From: an uncultured Acidobacteriota bacterium
GTDB taxonomy: Bacteria; Acidobacteriota; Polarisedimenticolia; J045
Assembly: GCA_963702425.1 (NCBI GenBank)
Contig: CAVPCQ010000026.1
Coordinates: 1 to 32,138, forward strand
Length of the DNA: 32,138 nucleotides
Reading direction: 5' to 3'
This document shows positions 7,433-16,814 of this stretch, in pieces. The number at the start of each line of letters is the position of its first letter. The stretch's first letter is position 1. The notes beneath the pieces are model-generated. The model was not told the DNA's origin. It saw nothing but the letters and a program-made list of their open reading frames with translations, and did no database searches. Position numbers and translations under genes: made by a program.

Positions 7433-7637
7433 GCACCGTCGGAAGGGCCTCCCCTTGCCCAGGAGAAGGCTACGCCGCCTGCCGAGCAGCCACGGGCCCG
7501 ATCGTGCCCTCACGCAGAGCGGGATTCCCGTCATGGGAGAGCAGCGTGCTTCGTCCTCCGACCCGCGCATCCTCCACGACCTCGCCGCCGCCCACGGCCG
7601 GTACGCGATGATGCCGGGGGCGTGGCGCTGCGGCGCG

Positions 7638-9185
7638 CTAGTGCTGCGCCCGCCCCCCGCCCCCCACCCGCTGCACGCGCGGCGGTGGACACCCCTCGAA
7701 CTGGATCGAGTCCAGCCCGCTCGGCACGCTGTCCGGCACCAGCCGGCACAGGCTCTGCTTCTTTGCGCGGTTGTCCAGCAGGCCCTGCCGCACGAACGCC
7801 ACCAGGTCGTTGAACTCGACCGGCGACAGCTCGACCGGCGTCATCAGCAGCGGATCGAGCCGCGCCAGCACCGGCTCGATCGGTCCCAGCAGCGCCTGCA
7901 GGTCCGGCGCGATGCCCGCGGCCCGCGGATCGTAGCTCCGCGCCGAGGCGACCGGATCCAGGTGGTGCCGGATCGCGTCCTCCAGCCTCGTGAACGCGCC
8001 GTTGTGGAAGAACGCCGGCTGCAGGGCCACGTTGCGCAGCGGCGAGGTGCGGAACATGTAGCGGTCCGCCGGGTTTCCGGTGATCTGCTCCTGGCCGAAG
8101 TCCTCGTCGCGCCCGGGGCCGTCGAAGATCACGTTGCCCGTGCCGTCGCCGAAGGCCGGGGCGACCTGGGGCACGCCGATCACGTGCATCTGGAAGTCGC
8201 TGAACATCTCGTTCGAATCGCCGCCCACCTTGTGGCACTGCGTGCAGCCGCCCTTGCCGAAGAAGGTCAGCGCGCCGCGCTTCTGCGGCGGGGTCAGCGC
8301 GCGGCGGTCGCCGCGGGCGTAGCGGTCGATCGGCGCGTCGGCGAAGACCAGCGTGAACTCGAACTCGGCGATCGCCCGGCCGAACATCGTAAAGTCGATC
8401 GGCGCGCCGGCGGCGACCTCGGGGAACCGTGCGGCGAACAGCTCGCGGTAGGCGGGGGTGGCGTTCAGGCGATCGAGGACCGCCTGGCGGATCGGCTCGT
8501 TGCGGAAGCCGCTGGCGTCGGGGGGCGGCACGGGGTTGCCGACGCCGTCGTCGAAGACGTCGAACTCCGGCCCGATCGTCCCGGCGGTGCCGGTGAAGCC
8601 GGCCACCTCGACCAGCTCGGTCGGCGGGATGTGGGCCTGCGCCACCAGCAGGTGCTTCACGGAGGGGTCGTACGGCGGGAACGTGGTCGTCCCTTCGGGG
8701 GCGGGGAAGCGGTAGCCCTGGCCGTTGTCGAACGGGTCGTGGGACGGCGCCGAGAACCGGCCGTTCCACATCAGCGCGGGATAGAACGCGGCGTTCACGG
8801 CGCTCGGCGTGCGGCGCTGGTTGCGTGGGCCGGTGCGGTGCGGGCCGACGAGGTTGTTGTTCTGGACGCCGATCGCGATCGACTGACTGTCGCCGAAGCC
8901 GTGGGCGGGGGAGTGGCAGCCGCCGCAGGTGTTGTCGCGGCGCAGCCCGCCGCTCTTGTCGAACCAGAGCAGCCGTCCCAAGTCCGCCAGGTCGCGGTCG
9001 ACCGGGCGCCCCAGCCGGCTCTCCAGGGTCGACTCGACGCGGCCCGTGAAGCCTGACCGAGCCAGGGCGGCGGTCAACGCCTTGTCGAGGTCCGGGGGGC
9101 CGGCGGCGCGGCCGGCGGAAACGGCGAACAGGGCGAGAAGCGTTGCGATCAGGCAAGTGGCGGCGCGCTGCGAGAGCCTCGACAT
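7638..9185 (-). CDS. Exported di-heme cytochrome c peroxidase / MauG-family protein
   Basis: Signal peptide, LGRLLWFD, two CxxCH motifs (CGGCH, CTQCH), RRTPSAVN, LMWNGR, IAEFE..L...APID, FRTSPLRNVAL..AFFHNG; GGAGG RBS. Confidence 0.88.
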   Translation of the reverse strand: MSRLSQRAATCLIATLLALFAVSAGRAAGPPDLDKALTAALARSGFTGRVESTLESRLGRPVDRDLADLGRLLWFDKSGGLRRDNTCGGCHSPAHGFGDSQSIAIGVQNNNLVGPHRTGPRNQRRTPSAVNAAFYPALMWNGRFSAPSHDPFDNGQGYRFPAPEGTTTFPPYDPSVKHLLVAQAHIPPTELVEVAGFTGTAGTIGPEFDVFDDGVGNPVPPPDASGFRNEPIRQAVLDRLNATPAYRELFAARFPEVAAGAPIDFTMFGRAIAEFEFTLVFADAPIDRYARGDRRALTPPQKRGALTFFGKGGCTQCHKVGGDSNEMFSDFQMHVIGVPQVAPAFGDGTGNVIFDGPGRDEDFGQEQITGNPADRYMFRTSPLRNVALQPAFFHNGAFTRLEDAIRHHLDPVASARSYDPRAAGIAPDLQALLGPIEPVLARLDPLLMTPVELSPVEFNDLVAFVRQGLLDNRAKKQSLCRLVPDSVPSGLDSIQFEGCPPPRVQRVGGGGRAQH

Positions 9186-9401
9186 CGGAGTTCCTCCGTT
9201 CTGGACCCGTCAAGAGGGCGTGGCGCCAGGTCGTCCACGCCGTTCGCTCCGGTGGAGCGGATCCGGTCGGAGTCGATACCGAGCCTCCCGGTAACCGGGG
9301 TCCCAGTCAAAAAGGCGGCGGCCCCTGTATTCAGGCGTACGCTCCCTCCTCTGGTGGTCGGGGCCCAGCCCGGGTCCCGGTCCCGAGAGCGAGGGTGACT
9401 C

Positions 9402-12400
9402 ATGACCACGACGCGCCGCGTTGTTCCGATCCTGTTGCTGGCCGCCGCCGTGCTGGCCCCCGGCGCCTTCGCCCAGTCCCCCCCCGTCCTCTCCGGCCCG
9501 ATCTGGCTCCCCGGCGATGCCACCGTCGGCGCCGCCGCCGGGCAGCAGGACGGCCCGGCGATCGAGCGCGGCGGCAACCAGTTCCTCGCGGTCTGGGTCG
9601 ACAACCGCACGACCTACAGCGGTGAGGAGACCGGCAACGACATCTACGCCGTCCGGCTCGACGCGGCCGGCAACGCGATCGACCCCACGCCGATCGTCAT
9701 CGACCAGACCTACGGCTACCAGCGCCTGCCACGGGTCTCGTGGAACGGCCAGAACTGGCTCGTGGTCTACGAGAGCCAGGACGCGACCGGCGGCTACTAC
9801 GAGACCGCGATCCACGCGGCCCGCGTCTCGCCGCAGGGCGCCCTGCTCGACGCGCCGTCGATCCTCGTCTACGGCAACGGCTACGGGGCCGGTGCGATGT
9901 GGTCGGTCGCCTCCGACGGCACGAACTGGTGCGTGGTCAGCAACACCGGCGGGGCCAACGGCGTGGTCGGCCGGCGCATCTCGCCGGCGGGCGCGATCCT
10001 CGACGCCACGCCGGTGACGCTGGTCCCCGCGACCTACTTCTTCTACGCCGGGATCAACGTCGTCTCCGCGCGCGGCGAGTACCTCGTCACCTACCAGGAC
10101 AACGGCAGCAACCTGTTCGCGCGGCGCTTCTCCGGCGCGACGCTGGCGCCGCTCGCGGCCCAGTTCTCGATCCCCGGCAACACCCTGGCGTCCAACGGGG
10201 ACCAGTACTACGTCGTCTTCTTCGGCGCGAGCGGCGGGATGGTCGGCTCGCGCATGAGTTACACCGGGACGCTGCTCGATCCGGGCGGCGTGCCGATCAC
10301 CGACGGCACGCGGAGTCCGTTCGAGATGGACGTCGCCTGGAGCGGGACCACCTGGTGGGTCTCCTGGGTCGACGGTTTCACCGCCGTCTCCGCCGCGCGG
10401 ATCACGCCGGCCAACGCCTGCCTCGACTTCAACGGCGTGCCGCTGGACCCGGCGCTGAAGGACCAGATCGCCGCGCACGGCACCGCCGGCCGGCCCGACG
10501 GCGGCGTCCAGGTCGTCTTCTACGACCATCGCCTGGGTGCCCTCGCGGACCACGACGCCGCTACGGCCGCGTACTCCCCGGCCGCGCAGCCCGGCGCTCC
10601 GCACACGATCTCGACCGGCGCGCCGGCGCAACTCAGCGTGGACCTCGTCCGCGGGCCGGGCGAGTTCCTGGCCGTGTACCTCTCGCGCGCCGGCAACGTC
10701 TCTCGCGTCCTCGCGCAGCGGCTGGACCGCGACGGGAACGCCCTCGGCCCCGGTCCGGTCGAGGTCGCCAGCGGCGCCGAGATCGGCTGGCCGCGCGCGG
10801 CCTGGAACGGCTCGCGCTACCTCGTCGTCTGGGCGGACGGCTTGGCGGTGCAGGGACGCCGCCTCGACGCCGGCCTGTCGCTCCAGGACGCCGCGCCGAT
10901 CCCGATCATGACCGGCTGGTCGCCCGACGCGGCCGCGCTGGGTGACACCTTCCTGGTCGCGGCGATCAATTCGCCGACCTATCCGCAGTACCGCTCGGCC
11001 TTCGGCAAGCGCCTCGACGGCAACACCGGCGCGGTCCGCGACGCCGATCCGATCCCCCTGGCCGGCACCTACGCGTCCCTCCCGCGGGTCGACGTGCTCG
11101 GCAACCGCTGGATCGTCGTGCTCCAGAACAACTACTCGCACGACGACCCGCAGGGCCAGGTCCTCGGCGCCTTCGTGGCCGCCGACGGCAAGACCCCCGG
11201 CGCGTTCAACGTGACCTACAACGGCTTCCAGCCCTCGATCGCCGTCGCCGGCTCGGTGGCCCTGGTCGTCTCGCGCCGCAACTCCTCCGCGAATGCCAAC
11301 AACGACGTCCAGGCGGTGCGGATGCTCAGCGACGGCTCGATTCCGGCCGCGCCGTTCACGGTCTCCGACGCGCCCGGCCGGCAGACCTATCCGTCCGTCG
11401 CGTGGGACGGCTCCAACTTCTTCGTGGCCTGGGAGGACCAGCGCAACCAGGCGATCTTCTTCGACCCGCGGACCGACATCTACGCGGCGCGCATCGACAC
11501 GGCCGGGCAGGTCCTCGACACGGGCTCCTTCCCGATCGCCAGCGCCGCCGCGCCCGAGATGCTGCCCGCCGTGGTCAGCGGCGGCGGCGACACGCTGATC
11601 GGCATCCCGAGCTTCCGCGCCGAGGCGCCGCTCGCGGCCTACCGGATCGGCGTCTACCACGCGCTCGGGACGTTCACCGACCCGCCGCAGGCGGCCTTCG
11701 CCGGCAGCCCGGCGAGCGGCTGCATCCCGCTCGTCACCCAGTTCTCGGACCGCACGACCGGCAGCGTGAACGGGTGGGACTGGAGCTTCGGCGACGGCGG
11801 CTCGTCCATCTCGCAGAACCCGGCCCACACCTACTCGATCGCCGGGATCTACTCGGTGGCGATGACCGCGACCGGGCCCAGCGGCTTCGACACGGCCTCG
11901 CGGATCGACTACGTCGTCGCCGCGGTGCCGGCGCGGGCCGACTTCACGGCCAGCCCGACGACGGTCTGTGCGCCGCTGGAGGAGGTCGTCTTCACCGACG
12001 TCTCGGACGGCTTCCCCACCGCCTGGAGCTGGGATTTCGGCGACGGCACCTACTCCACCGAGCAGCACCCGCGCCACGCCTACCAGTGGCCCGGCACCTA
12101 CACGGTGACCGAGACCGTCTGGGGCAGCTGCGGCTCCAATACCACGACGCGCGTCAACCTGGTGCAGGTCACCCCGCCGTGCGGCTACAAGGCGCTCGCG
12201 CTGTCGGACATCGGCGTGAACAGTTCCCTGGCCGGCGACTACACCCGCACGCACGTCGAGGACAACCTCTGGGAGGTGATGTACGAGGTCGGGGTGGGGA
12301 GCGGCTCGGGCGCCCACATGGAGCTGGACCACCGCTGGAACTTCCAGGTGGCGGCGGGGGTCTCCGTGACCTTCCACATCCGCACCTTCCGCAACTCCCC

Positions 12401-12983
12401 CTGGTACACCAACGACTTCCGCTTCCAGTACTCGACCGACAACATCACGTTCCAGCCGCTGATCAACTCGGTGCCGATCGGCTACAAGACCTTCACCGTG
12501 CCGATGCCGGCCAACCTGAGCGGCCCGGTCTGGATCCGCGTCGTGGACACCACGCACGGGCCCGGCGGGACCGCGGGCGACTCGGTCTACGTCGACACCA
12601 TGGACATCACGTCGGAGATCGTCCTGCCGCCGCGCCCCTGCGGAGCAGTCAGCGGCCTGGCCTTCGCGAACCCGACGCGCATCGACTGGTCCGCTGCGAC
12701 CTCCGCCACCAACTACGACGTCATGCGCGGCAGCCTCGGCGCGCTGCGGCAGAACGGCGGCGTCGGCGACGCGCTGTGCCGCAAGGACGACCAGCCGGCG
12801 ACGAACTGGTCCGACCTGGAGAAGCCCGCGCCGGGCACCGGGTTCTATTACGTCATCCGCGGCGAGGCGAGCGGCTCCGCTTCGGGCACCTACGACAGCG
12901 CGGGAGCGCCGCCGGTTGGAGCCGAGGGGCGCGACCCGCAGGTCGGGACGACGGGCGGGAGCGGGTGCGCAGCGCGGAAGTAG
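9402..12983 (+). CDS. Large secreted protein: repeated beta-strand N-terminal region, two PKD domains, C-terminal beta domain
   Basis: Signal peptide ending AFA. Repeats such as VSWNGQNWLVVY, AAWNGSRYLVVW, VAWDGSNFFVAWED and DIYA.R. PKD motifs WDWSFGDG...QNPAHTY and WSWDFGDG...QHPRHAY. Confidence 0.85.
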   Translation: MTTTRRVVPILLLAAAVLAPGAFAQSPPVLSGPIWLPGDATVGAAAGQQDGPAIERGGNQFLAVWVDNRTTYSGEETGNDIYAVRLDAAGNAIDPTPIVIDQTYGYQRLPRVSWNGQNWLVVYESQDATGGYYETAIHAARVSPQGALLDAPSILVYGNGYGAGAMWSVASDGTNWCVVSNTGGANGVVGRRISPAGAILDATPVTLVPATYFFYAGINVVSARGEYLVTYQDNGSNLFARRFSGATLAPLAAQFSIPGNTLASNGDQYYVVFFGASGGMVGSRMSYTGTLLDPGGVPITDGTRSPFEMDVAWSGTTWWVSWVDGFTAVSAARITPANACLDFNGVPLDPALKDQIAAHGTAGRPDGGVQVVFYDHRLGALADHDAATAAYSPAAQPGAPHTISTGAPAQLSVDLVRGPGEFLAVYLSRAGNVSRVLAQRLDRDGNALGPGPVEVASGAEIGWPRAAWNGSRYLVVWADGLAVQGRRLDAGLSLQDAAPIPIMTGWSPDAAALGDTFLVAAINSPTYPQYRSAFGKRLDGNTGAVRDADPIPLAGTYASLPRVDVLGNRWIVVLQNNYSHDDPQGQVLGAFVAADGKTPGAFNVTYNGFQPSIAVAGSVALVVSRRNSSANANNDVQAVRMLSDGSIPAAPFTVSDAPGRQTYPSVAWDGSNFFVAWEDQRNQAIFFDPRTDIYAARIDTAGQVLDTGSFPIASAAAPEMLPAVVSGGGDTLIGIPSFRAEAPLAAYRIGVYHALGTFTDPPQAAFAGSPASGCIPLVTQFSDRTTGSVNGWDWSFGDGGSSISQNPAHTYSIAGIYSVAMTATGPSGFDTASRIDYVVAAVPARADFTASPTTVCAPLEEVVFTDVSDGFPTAWSWDFGDGTYSTEQHPRHAYQWPGTYTVTETVWGSCGSNTTTRVNLVQVTPPCGYKALALSDIGVNSSLAGDYTRTHVEDNLWEVMYEVGVGSGSGAHMELDHRWNFQVAAGVSVTFHIRTFRNSPWYTNDFRFQYSTDNITFQPLINSVPIGYKTFTVPMPANLSGPVWIRVVDTTHGPGGTAGDSVYVDTMDITSEIVLPPRPCGAVSGLAFANPTRIDWSAATSATNYDVMRGSLGALRQNGGVGDALCRKDDQPATNWSDLEKPAPGTGFYYVIRGEASGSASGTYDSAGAPPVGAEGRDPQVGTTGGSGCAARK

Positions 12984-13183
12984 AGGCGATCCTGCTCCCG
13001 CACCGGAGCGTCCGGCAGCCCGCCCTGCGCGGTGCCAGACCCTCCCCATTGCCCATCAACCTCTGGACGACGAGGCCCTGAGCGGCGATCGGCGAGTGGG
13101 CGGTCGGATCGATGCGAAACTCCACCCGCGGGCGGATGTGCGGGAGGGTCTCCTTCGCATCGAGACGCCGCCGCGCGCCCCTC

Positions 13184-13212
13184 TGTCACCGGGCCCACCC
13201 CCCGCCCGTTAA
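13184..13212 (+). promoter_or_regulatory. Putative ECF-sigma promoter of the VIT-vWA/sigma operon
   Basis: TGTCACC-N16-CGTTAA about 65 nt upstream of the ATG at 13276 (RBS GAGGAGG). Spacing and boxes are close to the ECF41-type TGTCACA-N16-CGTC consensus. Confidence 0.6.
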
Positions 13213-13275
13213 CCCTCCAGCGACCCCGCGGCTCCGTCTCCCGGACCCCGCCGGCGGCCGCGAGGAGGCGGTACC

Positions 13276-15833
13276 ATGGCCACGAGCGGGGTGCAGACGG
13301 TGGGGAGCAGCGCGCAGCGGGGGCTGGTCGCGGTCGACGGCCGCACCTACCCCCTGAAGTCCGCGGCGATCAGCGCCCGGGCCGGGGCCGGGGTGGCCGC
13401 GGCGACGCTGGTCCAGGAGTTCGAGAACCCCTACGCCGAGCCGCTGGAGGCGATCTACACGCTGCCGCTGCCGGCCGACGGGGCGGTGGTCGGGTACGCG
13501 ATCCAGGTCGGGGAGCGGCGGATCGTCGGCGAGATCGAGGTCAGGGAGACAGCCACGCGCCGCTACGCCGAGGCGCTGGCCGCGGGGCGGACCGCGGGCC
13601 TGCTGGAGCAGGAGCGCGCCGACACCTTCACGCAGCGCGTCGGGAACATCCCGCCGGGCGTCGCCGTGAGGGTCGAGATCCAGGTCGTCCAGCCCCTGGC
13701 CTTCGTCCGCGCGGACGGCATCGCGCCGGAGTGGGAATGGCGCTTCCCGACCGTCGTCGGGCCGCGCTACCTCGGCGACGCGGGGCGCGTTCCCGACGCC
13801 GGGCAGCTCGAGCCACCACGCGCCGCGAACGGGGGCACGCCGGCGCGGGTGACGCTGGCGCTCACGATCGCCGACGGAGCGGCGGCGGAGATCGCGCCGC
13901 ACTCGCTCGAGCCATGCGCTGCGGGTGGCCGGTGGCTCCGGCGATGCGCCGATCACAGTGGCGGCCTGGTCCTCAGATCCAACCCTGCCCGCGGACCCAG
14001 CCCCGCCCGCGGACCCAGCCCCGCCCACGGACCCAGCCGCATCACCGCTCCGCGCGACGCTGACGCTCGCCGACGCCGCGCAGCTCGACCGCGATCTCGT
14101 CGTCCGCTGGAAGGCCGCCGCCACCGAGCCGGGAGTGCGTCTCGCCGCGGGCCCCGGCCTGCCCGGCGACCCCGGCCGCTACGCCGTCGTCACGATCACG
14201 CCACCCGCCGCGCCGCGCGCCCGGGTGCCGCGCTCGCTGGCGATCCTGCTCGACGCCAGCGGCTCGATGAGCGGCCAGCCGATCGAGCACGCCAAGGCCG
14301 TGACGATCGCGCTGCTCGACGGCCTCGGCCCCGGCGACCGCTTCGAGATCACCGCCTTCGCCTCGCAGCCGACGCGGCTGACTGCCGGGTTGGTGGACGC
14401 CACGCCCGACGCGGTCGCCAAGGCGCGGGAGCGGGTCCGCCGGCTCTCGGCCGGTGGCGGCACGGAGATGCTGCGCGCGATCGAGCAGGCGCTCGCCCCG
14501 ACGCGCGCCGGCGAGCAGCGCCAGGTCGTGCTCCTCACCGACGGCGAGATCGGCTTCGAGGCCGAGGTCGTCGGCAAGGTCCTGCGCGACCTGCCCGCCG
14601 CCTCGCGCGTCCACGTCGTCGGCGTCGGCTCCGCCCCCAACCGCGCGCTGACGCGCGGCCTCTCCCGCGCCGGCCGCGGCCTCGAGCTGCTGATCCCGCT
14701 CGCGGACGACCCCGCCGGCGCGGCCGCGCGGCTCTGCGCGGCGACCGAGGCGCCGGTGCTGGTCAACGTCGCCGCGTCCGGGAGCGCGGTGGTCACGCGT
14801 GGCGCCGGAGCGGGCGTGCGACGTCTACGCCGGGCGGCCGCTGACGCTGCTGGTCGAGCTGCGGGCCGAAGGCGGGACGGTGGAGCTGACCGGGACGCTG
14901 GCGGGCGCGGCGGAGCCGTGGCGCTGGAGCGGGGCGGTGCCGGCTGCAGCCGGCCCCGGCGCGGATTCACCCGTCGCGGCTGCATCCGCATCCAACGCCG
15001 CCGCTTCGGCCGCTCCCGCGCCTGCGCCCTCGCCCGCCCTCGCCCGCGATCCCCGCCGGCGCCCTCTTCGGCCGCGAGCGGATCGAGGACCTGGAGATGC
15101 ACCTCGCCGCCGCCGGCAGCGAATCGTCCAGGTCAGCGCCCTCGAGGGCCAGATCGAAGCCGCCGGCCTGCGCCACCGCGTCGTCTCGCGCCGCACCAGC
15201 CTGGTCGCGATCAGCGAGGAGCCCGCGGTCGATCCGCAGGCTCCGTGCCGCCGCGTGCGGCTGGCGGTCGAGCTGCCGGAGGACGTGTCGGCGGAGGGTG
15301 TGGGGTACGGAGAGGGCCATGCTGAGATGCAGCACGGTGCCGATGCTCAGTATGCCCATGAGGCCATGGGTTGTGTCGCCGGCAACGCCGAGGGCGGTGA
15401 CACCGCACTTGATCTCCTGAAGCGCATGCTCTCGACCGGCGCCCTGAGCGAGCAGGCCAAGCGCGAACTTCTCCGGCCCTTCCTCTCCCATGGCAACTGG
15501 CCGCCCGCTCCTCATCGCCGCCCGCATCCTGCTCGTCGACGGCGACAAGCTCCTGCTGGAGTTCGAGGTGCCGGACGGCGTGACGCTGGAGATGCCCGGC
15601 GCCGGCACGCCGATCGTCCCTCGCGGACCGGCCCGACCCCGAGGAGCGTGCGCCGGTCGCAGGACCGGGCCCGGTTCGTCGAGACGGAATCGACCCGCCC
15701 CTCGACCTACGGCCCCGGCCTGACGCTGCGGCTCGCGCTCGAAGGTCAGGACTGGAAGCGCCACCTCGCGGCGGGCCCGCTCTTCGTCGCCTGGGAGACC
15801 GCCGACTGGCTGATCATCCTCGCGATCGAGTGA
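13276..15833 (+). CDS. VIT (vault/inter-alpha-trypsin) + vWA domain protein, broken by about 6 frameshifts
   Basis: VIT: Q.FENPY.EPLEAIY.LPLP.DGAV...GERRIVGEI...GRTAGLLEQER.DTF...VGNIPPG. vWA MIDAS: LLDASGSM, GGGTEM, LLTDGE, VGVGSAPN. C-terminal DVYAGRP and VVSRRTSLVAI. The coding frame shifts near 13906, 14797, 15045, 15125, 15495 and 15650. Confidence 0.85.
13987..14040 (+). repeat. 18-nt tandem repeat x3 (PADPAP linker)
   Basis: gcccgcggacccagcccc x2 plus gcccacggacccagccgc, in frame between the VIT and vWA domains. Confidence 0.85.
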
Positions 15834-15839
15834 CCCCTG

Positions 15840-16436
15840 ATGACACCCGTCGACGCAGCGTGGCAGGAAGTCAGGCGCGGATCCGAAGCCGGGTTCCGCG
15901 CCTGGCTTCCGCTCGTCGAGCCGGTGCTGTGGCGCACGCTCCGCCCCTTCGCGCGCGCGGTCGACGTCGAGGCGATCGTGCAGGAGGCGCTCCTGCGGAT
16001 GTGGGTCGTCGCGCCGTCGCAGCAGCTGGAGGGCGAGAACGCCTCGCTGCGCTTCGCGCTCCGGCTGGCGCGCAACCTGGCGATCGACGAGGCGCGGCGG
16101 CGGGGGAGGGAAGTCCCGCTCGCGCCGGACCTGCCCGGCGGTGGCGCGGACCGGCCCGATCCCCGCCCCGCGGACGAGCCGGCGACCGACCCGGCCCCGC
16201 CCCCCGACCCGCTGCTGCGCCGCGCGATCCTGGCCTGCATCGACAAGCTCCCGCGCCAGCCGAAAGCCGCGCTGCGCGCCCGCCTCAACGCGGCCGGCGC
16301 GCAGCCCGACCGACTGCTCGCCGAGCGCCTGGCGATGCAGCTCAACACCTTCCTCCAGAACGTCACCCGCGCGCGCCGCCTCGTGGAGGAGTGCCTCGCC
16401 GCCTCCGGCATCGCCGTGAAGGAGTACCTGCGATGA
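15840..16436 (+). CDS. ECF-type RNA polymerase sigma-70 factor
   Basis: Sigma2: VDVEAIVQEALLRMW...ARNLAIDEARRR. Sigma4: CIDKLP....AL.....LAERL...NT....VTRARRLVEECL. 198 aa with no region 3. Confidence 0.82.
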   Translation: MTPVDAAWQEVRRGSEAGFRAWLPLVEPVLWRTLRPFARAVDVEAIVQEALLRMWVVAPSQQLEGENASLRFALRLARNLAIDEARRRGREVPLAPDLPGGGADRPDPRPADEPATDPAPPPDPLLRRAILACIDKLPRQPKAALRARLNAAGAQPDRLLAERLAMQLNTFLQNVTRARRLVEECLAASGIAVKEYLR

Positions 16437-16729
16437 GCGACGACCGCGACGACCGCGACGGACGCGCCTCCCGCGATCCGCGGGACCCGCGCGACGACCG
16501 CGACGCCCTGCTCGAAGCCGCCGCGACCGCCTTCCGCGAGCGCGCCGCCTCCGGCCGCATCCTGTCGTCCCCCGCCTGGGCCGACCTCGCGCCCGACGAC
16601 CGCGCCGCGCTGTTCGAGCTGCAGCTCGCCGCGCGCGGGGTCGAGCGGGTGTTCGACCGGCAAGGCCTCAGCGCGACGGCGCAGGTCGTGCTGGGGCGGG
16701 CGCGCGGGCTGGAGCAGGTGCGGGGGTAG
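16433..16729 (+). CDS. Small soluble hypothetical protein in the anti-sigma position, 98 aa
   Basis: ATGA overlap with the sigma gene. MSDDRDDRD...DALLEAAATAFRER..SGRIL.SPAWADL...GLSATAQVVLGRA. GC-rich codon usage and no transmembrane segment. Confidence 0.75.
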   Translation: MSDDRDDRDGRASRDPRDPRDDRDALLEAAATAFRERAASGRILSSPAWADLAPDDRAALFELQLAARGVERVFDRQGLSATAQVVLGRARGLEQVRG

Positions 16730-16814
16730 GCGGCCGCTTCGCCCAGCGAACGTACCGCGAGCGGAGCAAGAGCACGATCGCCAGCAGGGTCTGCAGCCCC
16801 ACCCCGCCCGCCCC

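Noticed and set aside
9210-13049. 1279-aa minus-strand ORF and other long Arg/Ala/Pro-rich ORFs
   Set aside because: These are shadow ORFs of real genes in high-GC DNA, with no recognisable motifs.
16736-16800. Short hydrophobic minus-strand peptide (LQTLLAIVLLLRSRYVRW)
   Set aside because: There is no convincing start or RBS and it is too short to support a gene call.
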